DNA from: Nitrosospira sp.
GTDB lineage: Bacteria > Pseudomonadota > Gammaproteobacteria > Burkholderiales > Nitrosomonadaceae
Direction: 5' to 3'
NCBI GenBank assembly: GCA_040006595.1
Contig: JBDTWQ010000145.1
Location: 1 to 33,896, forward strand
Length of the DNA stretch: 33,896 nt
Each line of letters opens with the position of its first letter. The first letter of the stretch is position 1. The notes beneath the pieces are model-generated. The model saw nothing but the letters and a program-made list of their open reading frames with translations, searched no databases and was not told where the DNA came from. Made by a program: the position numbers and the translations under genes. Below, in pieces: positions 8,926 through 19,906 of this stretch.

Positions 8926-8937
8926 GAGCGATCAGCT

Positions 8938-10380
8938 ATGACCAAAGCAAATAACCTCAGGGAAACTGAAGATCTGCAAGAGAACTTGCAGCGGCTGACC
9001 CATTTATTGCACAAACACAAGTTGGTGGAAGGCCTCGTGCATACCCAGAAGATGCCGCGCCAGGAGTTAGTCGAAGCCTTAGTGCATAAACAGAATCTGG
9101 CGGAACTGCAAAACCTGCTCGACAAGCTCCACCCTGCCGACGTTGCCCATATTCTGGAAGCCATGCCTCTCGAAGATCGTCTTATGATCTGGGAGCTGGT
9201 TAAGGCGGAGCGTGACGGCGAGATTCTTCTGGAAGTTTCGGATGCTGTTCGCGAAACACTTATCGCCACGATGGATAGTGGCGAAATGTTGGCGGCGACG
9301 GGGCAGCTCGATGCCGACGAGATCGCCGATCTTGCGCCAGATTTGCCGCGTGACGTCATTGATGATGTGTTCCAGTCGCTGCCGATGGAGGAGCGTGAGC
9401 AGTTGCGTGCTGCCATGTCCTATCCGGAAGATGCGGTTGGCGCGCTGATGGATTTCGACGTGGTGACCATTCGCGAGGACGTGACGCTGGAAGTAGTGCT
9501 GCGTTATCTGCGTCGTTTGGATGAGCTGCCTGACCACACCGATCAATTGTTCGTGGTGGACCGGAACGAGCATCTCAAAGGAGTGCTGCCGGTGAACCGG
9601 CTCCTGGTCAGCGACCCCGATGCCACAGTGGGATCGGTGATGACCACGGAAATAGTGAAGCTTCACCCGTATGACAATGCGCATCAGGCGGCACAGGCAT
9701 TCGAGCGCTATGACCTTGTTTCCGCTTCAGTGGTAAATGCGGAAGAAAAATTGGTGGGACGCGTTACCGTCAACGCGGTCATGGATTTCATCCGCGAGCA
9801 AGCAGAAAGCGAGGCGCTGAATCTGGCAGGGTTGCGGGAAGAAGAAGATTTGTTCGCGCCAGTATGGAAAAGCTTGAAGAACCGCTGGACCTGGCTGGCC
9901 ATCAATCTGGTTACTGCGTTTATTGCGTCGCGCGTGATTGGTGTATTTGAAGATTCAATCGAGAAACTGGTTGCATTGGCGGCACTGATGCCCATTATTG
10001 CCGGCATCGGCGGTAATTCCGGCAATCAGACAATTACGATGATTGTGCGCGCACTTGCTTTGGGGCAGCTCAACCCAGGCAATGCACGCAAACTGTTCGC
10101 CAAGGAAATTGGCGTGAGCGCGGTGAACGGCCTGGTATGGGGTAGCGTTGTCGGATTATTTGCCTTTCTCATTTATCACAGTGTTTCTCTTGGCCTGGTG
10201 ATGACACTGGCAATGATGTTGAATTTGCTGCTGGCGGCGCTATTGGGTGTACTGATCCCGCTGACCTTGCATAAGCTTGGCCGTGACCCGGCAGCGGGTT
10301 CCAGCGTGATGATTACCGCCGTTACCGACAGCGGAGGTTTTTTTATTTTCCTGGGACTCGCCACCGTTTTTCTGGTGTAG
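8938..10380 (+). CDS. mgtE: Magnesium transporter MgtE
   Basis: MgtE N-domain, tandem CBS domains, and a TM region with GGNSGNQT and DPAAGSSVMITAVTDSGG. Confidence 0.95.
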   Translation: MTKANNLRETEDLQENLQRLTHLLHKHKLVEGLVHTQKMPRQELVEALVHKQNLAELQNLLDKLHPADVAHILEAMPLEDRLMIWELVKAERDGEILLEVSDAVRETLIATMDSGEMLAATGQLDADEIADLAPDLPRDVIDDVFQSLPMEEREQLRAAMSYPEDAVGALMDFDVVTIREDVTLEVVLRYLRRLDELPDHTDQLFVVDRNEHLKGVLPVNRLLVSDPDATVGSVMTTEIVKLHPYDNAHQAAQAFERYDLVSASVVNAEEKLVGRVTVNAVMDFIREQAESEALNLAGLREEEDLFAPVWKSLKNRWTWLAINLVTAFIASRVIGVFEDSIEKLVALAALMPIIAGIGGNSGNQTITMIVRALALGQLNPGNARKLFAKEIGVSAVNGLVWGSVVGLFAFLIYHSVSLGLVMTLAMMLNLLLAALLGVLIPLTLHKLGRDPAAGSSVMITAVTDSGGFFIFLGLATVFLV

Positions 10381-10382
10381 CC

Positions 10383-11636
10383 TTAGGGCAGAATTTTCTC
10401 GCCAGCAATCAGTTGTTCCAAGGATTCGCGTTCGCGAATAAGATGTACAAGGTTACCGTCCACCATGACCTCGGCGGCGCGGGGCCGGGTATTATAATTT
10501 GAACTCATGCTCATGCCATAGGCTCCGGCGGACATGATGGCGAGCAAGTCGCCCTGCGATAATGCCAGCTGTCGGTCATGCCCCAGAAAATCGCCCGTTT
10601 CACAAACGGGGCCCACAACCTGATAAATTTTATTGTCGCCGCCATTCATAATAACCGGCAGGATCTCATGGTAGGCGTCATATAGCGCCGGACGCATCAA
10701 GTCATTCATGGCCGCGTCCACGATGGCGAAATCCCGATGCGGGGTATGTTTTAGATACTCGACACGCGTAAGCAATACACCGGCATTTCCCACCAGCGCG
10801 CGGCCAGGCTCGATCAGGATACGCTGGTTACGCCGGCCAACCGCGGTACACAATGCTGCGACATAGTCTTGCGCCGTTGGCGGGTTTTCTCCCGCATAGC
10901 GAATTCCGAGACCGCCGCCCAAATCCAAATGATCGATTGTGAGTCCCTGCGTTTCGAGGCGAATCAACAGGTCAAGTATTTTCCTGCAAGCTTCGACAAA
11001 GGGACCAAGTTCGGTCAATTGTGAGCCGATGTGGCAATCCAGTCCGCTTATGCGCAAGTTGGCAAATTTTTGTGCGGAGTCATAAAGCTTCTCCGCTTCG
11101 TCGAATGGAATACCAAACTTGTTTTCCTTGAGACCGGTGGAAATATAAGGGTGGGTTCTGGCGTCTACATCGGGGTTGACCCGCAGGCTTACTGGCGCGA
11201 TTTTATTCATCTCGCCCGCCACTCCGTCCAGCACGGCCAGCTCCGCTTCCGATTCCACGTTGAAACAGAGTATCCCCGCGGCAAGCGCCGCCCGCATTTC
11301 GTCCGGCTGTTTGCCCACTCCCGAAAATACCACTTTTTGCGGATCCCCACCCGCTTTCAGCACCCGCTGGAGTTCGCCCCCGGAAACAATATCGAAGCCG
11401 CTACCGAGACGCGCAAATAAATTGAGAATGGCCAGATTGGAATTGGCTTTGACTGCATAGCACACCAAGTGGTCGCGTCCGGCAAAAGCGGCGTCGAATT
11501 CCCCGTAAGCGGCAACAAGCGCCGCGCGTGAATAAACATAACAAGGCGTGCCGAACTGCCGTGCAATGTCATCCAGCCGAACCGACTCACCGTGTAGCCT
11601 GGCGTTGCGATAATCAAACCATGGAAAACCGCTCAC
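10383..11636 (-). CDS. lysA: Diaminopimelate decarboxylase
   Basis: PLP lysine motif YAVKAN, HIGSQ, DLGGG, EPGR, GPVCETGD, GAYG...SNYN. Start placed at GTG 11636 (GTGA overlap with the upstream lipoprotein stop). Confidence 0.96.
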   Translation of the reverse strand: MSGFPWFDYRNARLHGESVRLDDIARQFGTPCYVYSRAALVAAYGEFDAAFAGRDHLVCYAVKANSNLAILNLFARLGSGFDIVSGGELQRVLKAGGDPQKVVFSGVGKQPDEMRAALAAGILCFNVESEAELAVLDGVAGEMNKIAPVSLRVNPDVDARTHPYISTGLKENKFGIPFDEAEKLYDSAQKFANLRISGLDCHIGSQLTELGPFVEACRKILDLLIRLETQGLTIDHLDLGGGLGIRYAGENPPTAQDYVAALCTAVGRRNQRILIEPGRALVGNAGVLLTRVEYLKHTPHRDFAIVDAAMNDLMRPALYDAYHEILPVIMNGGDNKIYQVVGPVCETGDFLGHDRQLALSQGDLLAIMSAGAYGMSMSSNYNTRPRAAEVMVDGNLVHLIRERESLEQLIAGEKILP

Positions 11637-11767
11637 TTCTTTTTCTCTGAATCCTGAGATTGTTGCGATTTTTGCGGGAGCTGCTCCTGCGGGAGATAGA
11701 GAGGCGCCTTCAGGCCGCAGGCGCCAAGCAGCAAGATCAATAGGGAAGCAGTGCAAAACTTACGCAT
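11633..11767 (-). CDS. lptM: Small lipoprotein, LptM/YifL/LppL family (44 aa)
   Basis: MRKFCTASLLILLLGACGLKAPLYLP: lipobox LGAC followed by the family CGxKxPLYLP signature. Sits directly upstream of lysA. Confidence 0.85.
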   Translation of the reverse strand: MRKFCTASLLILLLGACGLKAPLYLPQEQLPQKSQQSQDSEKKK

Positions 11768-11868
11768 GGAACGATACCGGACAATGAATTGAAATACTAA
11801 CACAAAGGTTCCCTGCTCAAATAAACGCACATGGCTTTTGCAGGACGTCCATATTGGGACACCGCACA

Positions 11869-12630
11869 TCACCCAAGCTTCTTCAATTGCTTTCTCGCTG
11901 TCAGATAATCCGGATAAACACGTCCAACCGTTTGCCAGAATGCCGGCGAATGATTCATCTCGATAAGATGCGACAATTCGTGTGCTACCACATAATCCAC
12001 CAGATTGAGCGGCATCTGGATCAATCGCCAGTGGAGATGGACCACGCCGCGCGAATTGCAGCTGCCCCAAAGGGTTTTGGCGCGCGATAGCCGCAACTGC
12101 GGCCGCGCAACCCCGAGCTTATCCGCATAGAATGCGATGCGTTCGCTGAAACAGGTCAGCGCTCGATCACGGTACCATTCCATCACAATTTCTTCGATTT
12201 GCTGGGTGGTCAGTACGGATGGCAACGGCAATTTCAGCTGTCTTTCCTTAACTCCGCCCTTTACCGTTGCTCGAGTCATTCGCATAACTCCAGTACCCGT
12301 GGCGGCCAACTGCCAAGGTTCTCCCAGCAGTGGGAAAATTGACTCTTCTTCCCACGCCAGCCTGCTCGATTTTTTGTTTTCCCATTCGTCGAGTTTTTTT
12401 ACTATCCAATCGGCTTTGTCTCTCAACACCGATTCAACCCAGCGTAGTGATTCTCTGGACGGAATACGAACGGTTAAGCCATCGCTGTCTATTTTCATGC
12501 CGATGGTTCTTCGTCTGCAGCGCTTGAGCGTATAAGCGATTTCCTTGCCGTTCAGACTGACACAGCGAGTTTCGCACGCGGGCGCTGTTCGCCTATCCTC
12601 GAACTGAAACAGGTTCTTTAACATCGTCAT
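11869..12630 (-). CDS. M48/YgjP-like (DUF45) zinc metallohydrolase
   Basis: WGSCNSRG and DYVVAHELSHLIEMNHSPAFW (HExxH...H). Exact start uncertain (38-bp overlap with plsC). Confidence 0.9.
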   Translation of the reverse strand: MTMLKNLFQFEDRRTAPACETRCVSLNGKEIAYTLKRCRRRTIGMKIDSDGLTVRIPSRESLRWVESVLRDKADWIVKKLDEWENKKSSRLAWEEESIFPLLGEPWQLAATGTGVMRMTRATVKGGVKERQLKLPLPSVLTTQQIEEIVMEWYRDRALTCFSERIAFYADKLGVARPQLRLSRAKTLWGSCNSRGVVHLHWRLIQMPLNLVDYVVAHELSHLIEMNHSPAFWQTVGRVYPDYLTARKQLKKLG

Positions 12631-13363
12631 ATTTTCTCTGATTCTGATCGCCGACGTGGATCATCTCTGCCTCGATCCAGGCTTCCACTTTCGCATTGAG
12701 ATCGCCGGTCTCCATTCCAGCAGGATCTATCGGCGCGCCGATGCTCACTGTGATCGTGCCGGGGTTCTTGATAAACGCATTTCTGCCCCAGAACTCTCCC
12801 GCATTGTGCGCCACCGGGACTACCGGTACACCGGTGTGTGTGGCGAGCCATGCGCCGCCAATGTGGTATTTGCCTTTTTGTCCCGGCGCAATGCGCGTGC
12901 CCTCCGGAAAAATCACTATCCAGAATCCTTGTTTCAGCCGGTCTTTTCCTTGTTCGACGATTTGTTTCAGTGCCGCCTTGCCCGAGCTGCGATCGATCGC
13001 GATGGGACTGTTCATTGCCAATCCCCAACCAAAAAACGGAACGCGCAACAGCTCTTTTTTTAGCACCCATACCTGTGGTGGAAAGATCTGCTGAAATGCG
13101 AGGGTTTCCCATGCCGATTGATGTTTGGACAATATGATACTGGGCGTTTTGGGAATGTGCTCCGTACCAATAACGCGATACTGTATGCCACAGATAACGC
13201 GCAGCAGAAACAGCATCAGATGCGCCCAGCCAGACGTGATGCGATAGCGGCTGAGGGGAGGCAGCGGAAACGAGGCGAATATAATCAGGAAATAAAACGG
13301 AGTGATAACGAGCTGTAACAGACTATATAGCGTTGAGCGCAGCACGGGCAGGGTTCTGTTCAT
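12593..13363 (-). CDS. plsC: 1-acyl-sn-glycerol-3-phosphate acyltransferase
   Basis: KHQSAWET (HxxxxD/E) and FPEGTR motifs; follows gmhB. Confidence 0.9.
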   Translation of the reverse strand: MNRTLPVLRSTLYSLLQLVITPFYFLIIFASFPLPPLSRYRITSGWAHLMLFLLRVICGIQYRVIGTEHIPKTPSIILSKHQSAWETLAFQQIFPPQVWVLKKELLRVPFFGWGLAMNSPIAIDRSSGKAALKQIVEQGKDRLKQGFWIVIFPEGTRIAPGQKGKYHIGGAWLATHTGVPVVPVAHNAGEFWGRNAFIKNPGTITVSIGAPIDPAGMETGDLNAKVEAWIEAEMIHVGDQNQRKYDDVKEPVSVRG

Positions 13364-13893
13364 TCTGCCAGTGCATCAACGGCTGCTGCAAGGTCAGGGA
13401 ATATTTGGGTATTTTCCGGCAGTCCACCTTCTGCTTTTGTTTTTTTGCCCTTGCCGGTCAGCACGAGAACCGGAATTGCATCTACCGCAGTCGCGGCCTG
13501 CAAATCACGCAAGGAATCACCGATTGCGGGTACGCCATTCAGCGCCAGACCAAAGCGCTGCGAGATTTCTTTGAACATCCCGGTTGCAGGCTTGCGGCAA
13601 TCACACTTGTCCGTGCAGGTATGAGGACAGAAAAACATCGCATCAATGCGCCCGCCAGCCTGGTTCGCCGCTTTCCACATCTTGTCATTGATCGCATTGA
13701 GCGCCGCCATGTCAAGCAGGCCTCGGCCGATGCCGGACTGATTGGTGGCGACCACTACCCGATAACCGATCTGGGTGAGATGCGCAATCGCTTCCAGGCT
13801 GCCGGGAATGGGCTTCCATTCATCTGGTGTCTTGATGAAAGCGTCACTGTCATAATTGATGACGCCGTCACGGTCGAGGATAATCAACTTCAT
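13360..13893 (-). CDS. gmhB: D-glycero-D-manno-heptose 1,7-bisphosphate phosphatase
   Basis: HAD motif LDRDGVIN, TNQSGIGRG, CPH...CDCRKP, IGDSLRD. Confidence 0.95.
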   Translation of the reverse strand: MKLIILDRDGVINYDSDAFIKTPDEWKPIPGSLEAIAHLTQIGYRVVVATNQSGIGRGLLDMAALNAINDKMWKAANQAGGRIDAMFFCPHTCTDKCDCRKPATGMFKEISQRFGLALNGVPAIGDSLRDLQAATAVDAIPVLVLTGKGKKTKAEGGLPENTQIFPDLAAAVDALAE

Positions 13894-13894
13894 C

Positions 13895-16033
13895 TTAGGC
13901 AGCCAACTTTGAAATATCGGCTACGCGATTCATGGCCTGCTGCAACTGGGCCAATAGAGCAAGACGATTGACGCGCAAAACGGGGTCTTCAGTATTTACC
14001 ATCACGTTGTCAAAGAATGCGTCAACCGGAGTTTTCAATGCTGCAAGTTCTTGCAGAGCTAAGCTGAATTCTCCAAGTTTAAAAGCGGCATCCGCTCTGG
14101 GTATCACCACGTTGAGCGCAGCATGCAGCGCCTGCTCGGCAGGCTCCTGCAACAGACCGGCATTGACCTCACCGCTGACTATACCTTCAACCTTCTTCAA
14201 AATATTGCTGACCCGTTTGTTCGCGGCAGCGAGGCTTTCAGCTTCGGGCAAAGCAGAAAAGGCACGGACGGCTGCAAGACGCTGAGAAATTTCGTTCAAA
14301 AATTGTGGCCGTTTTGCAAGGACTGCCTCAATTTGTTGTGCTGAGTAGCCTTGTTCGCGCAGTTGACTGGACATTCTTTCATAGATGAAATTGAGCAATT
14401 GATAAGACTCGGCATCACCAAAATTAATCCTGCTATCGAATACCCCGCTAGAAATTCTGATCATTTCTTCCAGAGAAATTTCGAGCTTCTTTTCTATCAG
14501 CATACGAGTTATGCCTAAGGCGTGACGACGCAACGCAAATGGGTCCTTGTCTCCTGTCGGGATTTTCCCAATACCGAACATGCCGACCAGTATTTCCAGT
14601 TTATCCGCCAGCGCGACACAGATCCCGACCATATTACCTGGCAACTTATCTCCCGCAAAGCGGGGTTTGTAGTGATCTTCGATGGCCAATGCAATGTCGT
14701 CCGACAGCCCGTCGTGCTTGGCATAATAGCGTCCCATGATGCCTTGCAGCTCCGGGAATTCGCCCACCATATTAGTAAGCAGGTCTGCTTTGGATAGCAT
14801 CGCCGCTTCGCCCGCCTGTGCCGCAAGTTCGTTACCGCTCAATCGCAAACCAATCTGCTGCGCGATTGCCCAAATCCGTTCCACGCGCTCGGCCTGCGTA
14901 CCGAGCTTGTTGTGATAAACGACCTTATCTAAACCGGCAACACGCGAATACAGCGATTTCTTGCAATCCTGATCGAAGAAGAATTTCGCATCCGCCAGAC
15001 GTGAGCGCAGCACGCGCTCGTTTCCGGCAACTACCTGGCTGGCATTCACCGGACGGATGTTGGAAACGATCAGGAATTGGTGGGAGAGCTTGCCGTTTGT
15101 GTCCAGAAGCGGGAAATATTTTTGATTTGCCTTCATGGTCAGAATCAGACATTCTTGGGGTATCTCAAGGAATGCGCTATCAAACTTCCCAACCAGAACA
15201 TTCGGTCGCTCGACCAGCGCAGTTACTTCATCCAGCAGTGCTTCGTCTTCCACTGGTTTTAAGCCTTCTTCGGCAGAGACAGCGTTAAGCTGCCGGACAA
15301 TTTCGGCGCGGCGCGCCGCAAAGCTTGCGATGACCGCACCTTCGGCTTCCAATTGCTGCGCGTAACTGTTGGCATCCTTCAGTACTATCGGATTCACGCT
15401 GGCTTCGAAGCGATGGCCCTGCGTCTTGTTTCCGGCAGTCAATCCCAGCACTGAAACCATTGGTACAATCTCAGAGCCATGCAGCGCAACCAGTCCATGC
15501 ACGGGACGCACGAAATTCACGCTGCTCCAGCCGTCGGCGAGTTGATAAGTCATTACCTTGGCAATCGGCAGTTTTTCGATTGAATGATGAAGCACATGCT
15601 GCAAGTTCACGGAAAGCGGTAGCTCTACCGCCACATCAGTGTGGAACAGGAACTCTGTTTTTCCGTCAAAATCACGGGAGATTCGTTCCTTGAGAACCCT
15701 AGGGGATACTTCATCCGGGTATCCGCAGCTTTGCTGCAATTTTTTCCGGAATGCTTGCGTGTATTCTCCGTCTACACCCATTCCGACCGAAACTGGCATG
15801 AGTTTTACCCGCTGAGCCTTCTGTACGGCTATTTCAAAGACGCCGGTGATATGCGCTGCAAGCCGTCTGGGAGATGCAAAGGTTGTCAGCTGCGCGCCGC
15901 CGTCAAGATTGTGAAGTTTCTGCAACCCTTCAAACAGGAGCGTTCCAAATGATTCACCCAATTGCTTCAGCGACTTTGGCGGCAACTCCTCAACGAGCAA
16001 TTCAACGAGCAGATTTCTGGTTGCGTTACTCAA
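13895..16033 (-). CDS. glyS: Glycine-tRNA ligase beta subunit
   Basis: [42 protein letters not shown]. Start placed at TTG 16033 overlapping the glyQ stop (TTGA). Confidence 0.96.
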   Translation of the reverse strand: MSNATRNLLVELLVEELPPKSLKQLGESFGTLLFEGLQKLHNLDGGAQLTTFASPRRLAAHITGVFEIAVQKAQRVKLMPVSVGMGVDGEYTQAFRKKLQQSCGYPDEVSPRVLKERISRDFDGKTEFLFHTDVAVELPLSVNLQHVLHHSIEKLPIAKVMTYQLADGWSSVNFVRPVHGLVALHGSEIVPMVSVLGLTAGNKTQGHRFEASVNPIVLKDANSYAQQLEAEGAVIASFAARRAEIVRQLNAVSAEEGLKPVEDEALLDEVTALVERPNVLVGKFDSAFLEIPQECLILTMKANQKYFPLLDTNGKLSHQFLIVSNIRPVNASQVVAGNERVLRSRLADAKFFFDQDCKKSLYSRVAGLDKVVYHNKLGTQAERVERIWAIAQQIGLRLSGNELAAQAGEAAMLSKADLLTNMVGEFPELQGIMGRYYAKHDGLSDDIALAIEDHYKPRFAGDKLPGNMVGICVALADKLEILVGMFGIGKIPTGDKDPFALRRHALGITRMLIEKKLEISLEEMIRISSGVFDSRINFGDAESYQLLNFIYERMSSQLREQGYSAQQIEAVLAKRPQFLNEISQRLAAVRAFSALPEAESLAAANKRVSNILKKVEGIVSGEVNAGLLQEPAEQALHAALNVVIPRADAAFKLGEFSLALQELAALKTPVDAFFDNVMVNTEDPVLRVNRLALLAQLQQAMNRVADISKLAA

Positions 16034-16935
16034 GTGACCCTCTCCATCAATTGCGCGACCCACTCGCGCGGGGCCATCGGAAAGTCCAGGCGCTGGCGAC
16101 TCTCGTAATACGCTTGCGCGACGCTACGTGCGAGATTGCGAATTCGCCCGATATAAGTAGCGCGTTCCGTAACGGAAATCGCACCGCGTGCGTCCAGAAG
16201 ATTGAAAGTGTGAGCGGTTTTCAGCACTTGTTCGTACGCAGGGAATGCCAATCCGTTTTCCATCAGGTATTTGGCTTGTTTTTCATGATTGTCAAAGGCG
16301 CTGAGCAAAAAATGCACGTCGCTGTGCTCGAAGTTGTAGGCCGATTGCTCGACCTCGCTCTGATGATATACATCACGGTAAGAAAGCCCTTTTGTCCATA
16401 CTAGATCGAACACGTTTTCCACGCCTTGCAAGTACATCGCAAGCCGTTCCAGACCATAAGTTATTTCGCCTGTGATCGGCTTGCAATTTATGCCGCCAAC
16501 CTGCTGAAAATAAGTGAACTGTGTTACCTCCATGCCGTTCAGCCATACTTCCCAGCCCAAGCCCCAGGCACCCAGTGTCGGATTTTCCCAATCATCCTCG
16601 ACGAAGCGAATATCGTTTTGTTTCAGATCAAAGCCGAGCTCTTCCAGCGACCCAAGGTATAGTTCCAGAATATCGGCGGGAGCGGGTTTCAGCACGGCCT
16701 GAAATTGGTAGTAATGCTGCAAGCGATTGGGGTTTTCGCCATAGCGTCCATCTTTCGGACGGCGCGTAGGCTGCACGTACGCAGCTCTCCAGGGTTCCGG
16801 GCCAAGCGCGCGTAAAAAGGTAGCAGTGTGCGAGGTACCTGCACCCACTTCCATGTCGTAGGATTGGAGCAGCGCGCAACCCTGTTTGTCCCAGTAGCGT
16901 TGCAGGGCAAGGATAATTTCCTGGAATGTGAGCAT
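16030..16935 (-). CDS. glyQ: Glycine-tRNA ligase alpha subunit
   Basis: [49 protein letters not shown]. Start placed at ATG 16935. Confidence 0.98.
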   Translation of the reverse strand: MLTFQEIILALQRYWDKQGCALLQSYDMEVGAGTSHTATFLRALGPEPWRAAYVQPTRRPKDGRYGENPNRLQHYYQFQAVLKPAPADILELYLGSLEELGFDLKQNDIRFVEDDWENPTLGAWGLGWEVWLNGMEVTQFTYFQQVGGINCKPITGEITYGLERLAMYLQGVENVFDLVWTKGLSYRDVYHQSEVEQSAYNFEHSDVHFLLSAFDNHEKQAKYLMENGLAFPAYEQVLKTAHTFNLLDARGAISVTERATYIGRIRNLARSVAQAYYESRQRLDFPMAPREWVAQLMERVT

Positions 16936-16988
16936 GAAAATGCCTGAGCTAATTGCGGGTAGGGTTAACAACCATATCCGCGGGGATT

Positions 16989-18494
16989 TTACAGGTTTTT
17001 GTGTGTGCCGCGAAAAATCGGCAGCAAACTGATGAACAGCAACAACCCTGCAAGCCCCAATACCAGACTATTGCCAAAGCGGACATAGGGCGTAGCACCG
17101 GTATATCCCTGTGCCATACCGTTCAGGGCGGTTGTGGTAAATACTTCGGCTTCTTGTAATACCCTGCCACGTTCATTAATGATGGCGGTCACGCCGGTAT
17201 TGGTGGCGCGGAGCATGTAGCGGCCGGTTTCCAGCGCGCGCATTTGTGAAATCTGCAAGTGCTGCCGTGGGCCAATGGATCGCCCAAACCAGGCATCATT
17301 GCTGACGTTTGCGAGTAAAGTGGCCTGGGGCAATTGCTTGATTATTTCCTCTCCAAATACATCTTCATAACAAATATTCACCGCCACTTTCTGCCCGGCC
17401 AGATTCATGGGTTGCTGGTCCAGCCCGCCTCGCGAAAAGTCTGATAACGGAATCTTCAATACGTTGATGATCCATCCGAATACCGGTTTGAGAGGTATAA
17501 ATTCGCCAAACGGTACCAGATGATATTTCCGGTAGCTCTGCTCCGGAGATGTGCCAAAACTGAACATGGTGTTGTAGTATTCGCTGCCTCCGCCAGGCAC
17601 TTCAACCATGCCGATAAGAATATCTCCATTATTCCGTCTGGCATGAGTGGCAAGTTGCGCCAGATAACTTGACGGTACTACGTCACGGTTCAGTGGCACT
17701 GAAATTTCAGGCGTGATAATCAGACGGCTGCTGCTTTCCTGCGCGAGCCTGGCGTATGTATCCATGGAGGTGGCCAGTTGGTCATCTAGCCATTTCAAAT
17801 CCTGCGAGATATTTCCTTGCAATAGGCTGACCGTTACCGGTTCGCCTTGTGGTTCAGTCCAGCGGATATGCTGTAAACCGAAACCGGTAATCCAGATCAC
17901 TAACAGAGGCAGAAGATAGCGTAATTTGCGAAATTCTTTTTCGTAAGATAGACACATCAGTGCCGCGCTTAAAACCAGAATCAGCGAGACACCGTAAACT
18001 CCCAGCACGGCAGCGTAACCTGCCAGAGGACTGGCCGGTGCCTGCGAGTAGCCCAGCGTCAGCCAGGGAAAACCAGTGAACAATACGCTGCGCAGCCAGT
18101 CGGATAATCCCCATAACGCGCCCGCAGCCAGTGACCAGACCATGGGCATGGCGATATTCAGCTTCTTCAGCACCCAGCCCGTCAATGCTGGAAATGATGC
18201 GAGATAGGCGCAAAGAAAAAAAAGCGCAAGCACTGCGGCCGGCATCGGCATCGCCCCGAAATCGTGCAGGCATACGTAAAGCCAAGTGACTCCCGCGCTG
18301 AACATGCCCATGCCAAAAAAGAAGCCCAGCAGCGCCGCAGCCCGTGGTGTCGCGCTTGTGCGCCAGAAATGGCACAGCAGTGCGAGCGTTAAAACCGGAA
18401 TGGGAAAAAGATAAAACGGAGCAAAACCGAGGACGGTGATGGCGCCGATTAGAAAAGAGATCGTTAATTGCGAACGGACTGTATTCTTTGACAC
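16989..18494 (-). CDS. lnt: Apolipoprotein N-acyltransferase
   Basis: Multi-TM N-terminus with FTGFPW; nitrilase-fold triad motifs [16 protein letters not shown]; SNDAWF; RATNTG. Confidence 0.96.
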   Translation of the reverse strand: MSKNTVRSQLTISFLIGAITVLGFAPFYLFPIPVLTLALLCHFWRTSATPRAAALLGFFFGMGMFSAGVTWLYVCLHDFGAMPMPAAVLALFFLCAYLASFPALTGWVLKKLNIAMPMVWSLAAGALWGLSDWLRSVLFTGFPWLTLGYSQAPASPLAGYAAVLGVYGVSLILVLSAALMCLSYEKEFRKLRYLLPLLVIWITGFGLQHIRWTEPQGEPVTVSLLQGNISQDLKWLDDQLATSMDTYARLAQESSSRLIITPEISVPLNRDVVPSSYLAQLATHARRNNGDILIGMVEVPGGGSEYYNTMFSFGTSPEQSYRKYHLVPFGEFIPLKPVFGWIINVLKIPLSDFSRGGLDQQPMNLAGQKVAVNICYEDVFGEEIIKQLPQATLLANVSNDAWFGRSIGPRQHLQISQMRALETGRYMLRATNTGVTAIINERGRVLQEAEVFTTTALNGMAQGYTGATPYVRFGNSLVLGLAGLLLFISLLPIFRGTHKNL

Positions 18495-18736
18495 TTCAAT
18501 AAATTATTTTACCGGATTCGATGCAGAGTACGGACAATTGACTGCCCAGTAAGCCTGGAGAATTGACTTTTTAGCAGCTATTCGATTTCTTATAGGAATA
18601 AATACTCAAGGCCACCTATCCATGAGCTGATATGAGCAACGTGCGGGGATGAGTATCTGAATGAGATAAAAATGCCTCCAAAGCGTGTTGAAAGGAAATA
18701 ATTCGGAAGATTCCCGAAAAGATATCCGGTCCCTCT

Positions 18737-19906
18737 TTAGCTCTCATTTTTTCTTGGCAGCAGTAACCGGAAAGTTGAACCGACCCCTACCTCGGACTCG
18801 ATTTCCAACTTTCCCCCCAGAAGTCTAGTAGCTTCCGAAGCAATGGACAGTCCCAGTCCTACACCCGGTTTACCATACGTATCACCGCGCCGGAAGGCGT
18901 CAAACAAATGACTCAGGTTTTCCGAAGCAATACCTGGTCCCTGATCGCTAATGCTCACCACCCAACTGATGTCTTCATTATTAGAGTTATTTCGAGCCAT
19001 CATTTTCACTCTGCCCCTCGAACTGTATTTCACCGCATTACCCATCAGGTTCTGCAATACAAGCGTCAGCAATCCTTCGTCACTGATTACCCGCGCTTCC
19101 TCCGGTACGTCCACTTCAAGCTCTAGTCCCTTGGACTCGGCTTCGTGTGCCAAACGTTTAGCTACTTCAGATAGCAACAAGCTCAAATCCACCCATTCCC
19201 CCGTGTGATGAACAGGTTCTTCTTTCCGCAGTTGCTCTGATTGCAGCAGTCGGTCCATCCCGGCGGTCGTCTGGAGTACTGCACGTTTGACGGATTCCAG
19301 GTCTGCTATGTTGTTGGCGTACTCGGGAATTTTAGCAAGCCTCATGGCAAGAAGCTGCAAGTGAAGCATGGCATGGTGGAGATGATTTCTAAGATCATGC
19401 GATAGAAACGAAAGATACTTTGACCGCACCTCGCTAGAGGTTCTAATTTGCTGCTGCAGATGCTCGGTAAACATAACGATACCGCTCTGAAGCGCCGTGT
19501 CCACCGCCATGTTCAGGGCGATGTTACTCTGCAGGTCCAGCGGCTCATCCAATACTTCCGAGACCTGCTCGATGATGACTCGACGCAGCAGCCGATACTC
19601 GACGACTAATTCGCGCATATTATAATTTTCTTGAAAACGGGATTCACCATGCATTTTGCTGCCTTCCATGAGTGCGCGGGTAGTGAAAGGCTTATCCGAG
19701 GAAAATGCTTCGATAATCTCTTGCAGGATCAATGGCACCGAGTCGCGAAGATTCTGCAGGGTGAGCGCGTCCGCAGCAGGTAGCGTATGAACTACGGCGG
19801 CCTCCCATTCCTCAAGGATTGCCTCCTTCCGCAAATTCACGGCAGATGCGAGGAGGGGAAAAGCGTGGTAGGCCAAGAGATTAAGCGTCAGGTCTTCCGT
19901 GGACAT
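18737..19906 (-). CDS. Soluble sensor histidine kinase with N-terminal RsbRD-N/globin-like helical domain
   Basis: H-box SHDLRN (His170), N-box NLMGNAVKYS, G1 DQGPGI, F-box LFDAF, G2 GVGLGL. No TM segment seen. GGAGG SD upstream. Confidence 0.9.
   Translation of the reverse strand: MSTEDLTLNLLAYHAFPLLASAVNLRKEAILEEWEAAVVHTLPAADALTLQNLRDSVPLILQEIIEAFSSDKPFTTRALMEGSKMHGESRFQENYNMRELVVEYRLLRRVIIEQVSEVLDEPLDLQSNIALNMAVDTALQSGIVMFTEHLQQQIRTSSEVRSKYLSFLSHDLRNHLHHAMLHLQLLAMRLAKIPEYANNIADLESVKRAVLQTTAGMDRLLQSEQLRKEEPVHHTGEWVDLSLLLSEVAKRLAHEAESKGLELEVDVPEEARVISDEGLLTLVLQNLMGNAVKYSSRGRVKMMARNNSNNEDISWVVSISDQGPGIASENLSHLFDAFRRGDTYGKPGVGLGLSIASEATRLLGGKLEIESEVGVGSTFRLLLPRKNES

Noticed and set aside
8719-8937. 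M-box (ykoK) Mg2+ riboswitch upstream of mgtE
   Set aside because: I could not recognise the conserved M-box sequence or a terminator with U-tract; the visible structure is one long inverted repeat. An Rfam search would settle it.
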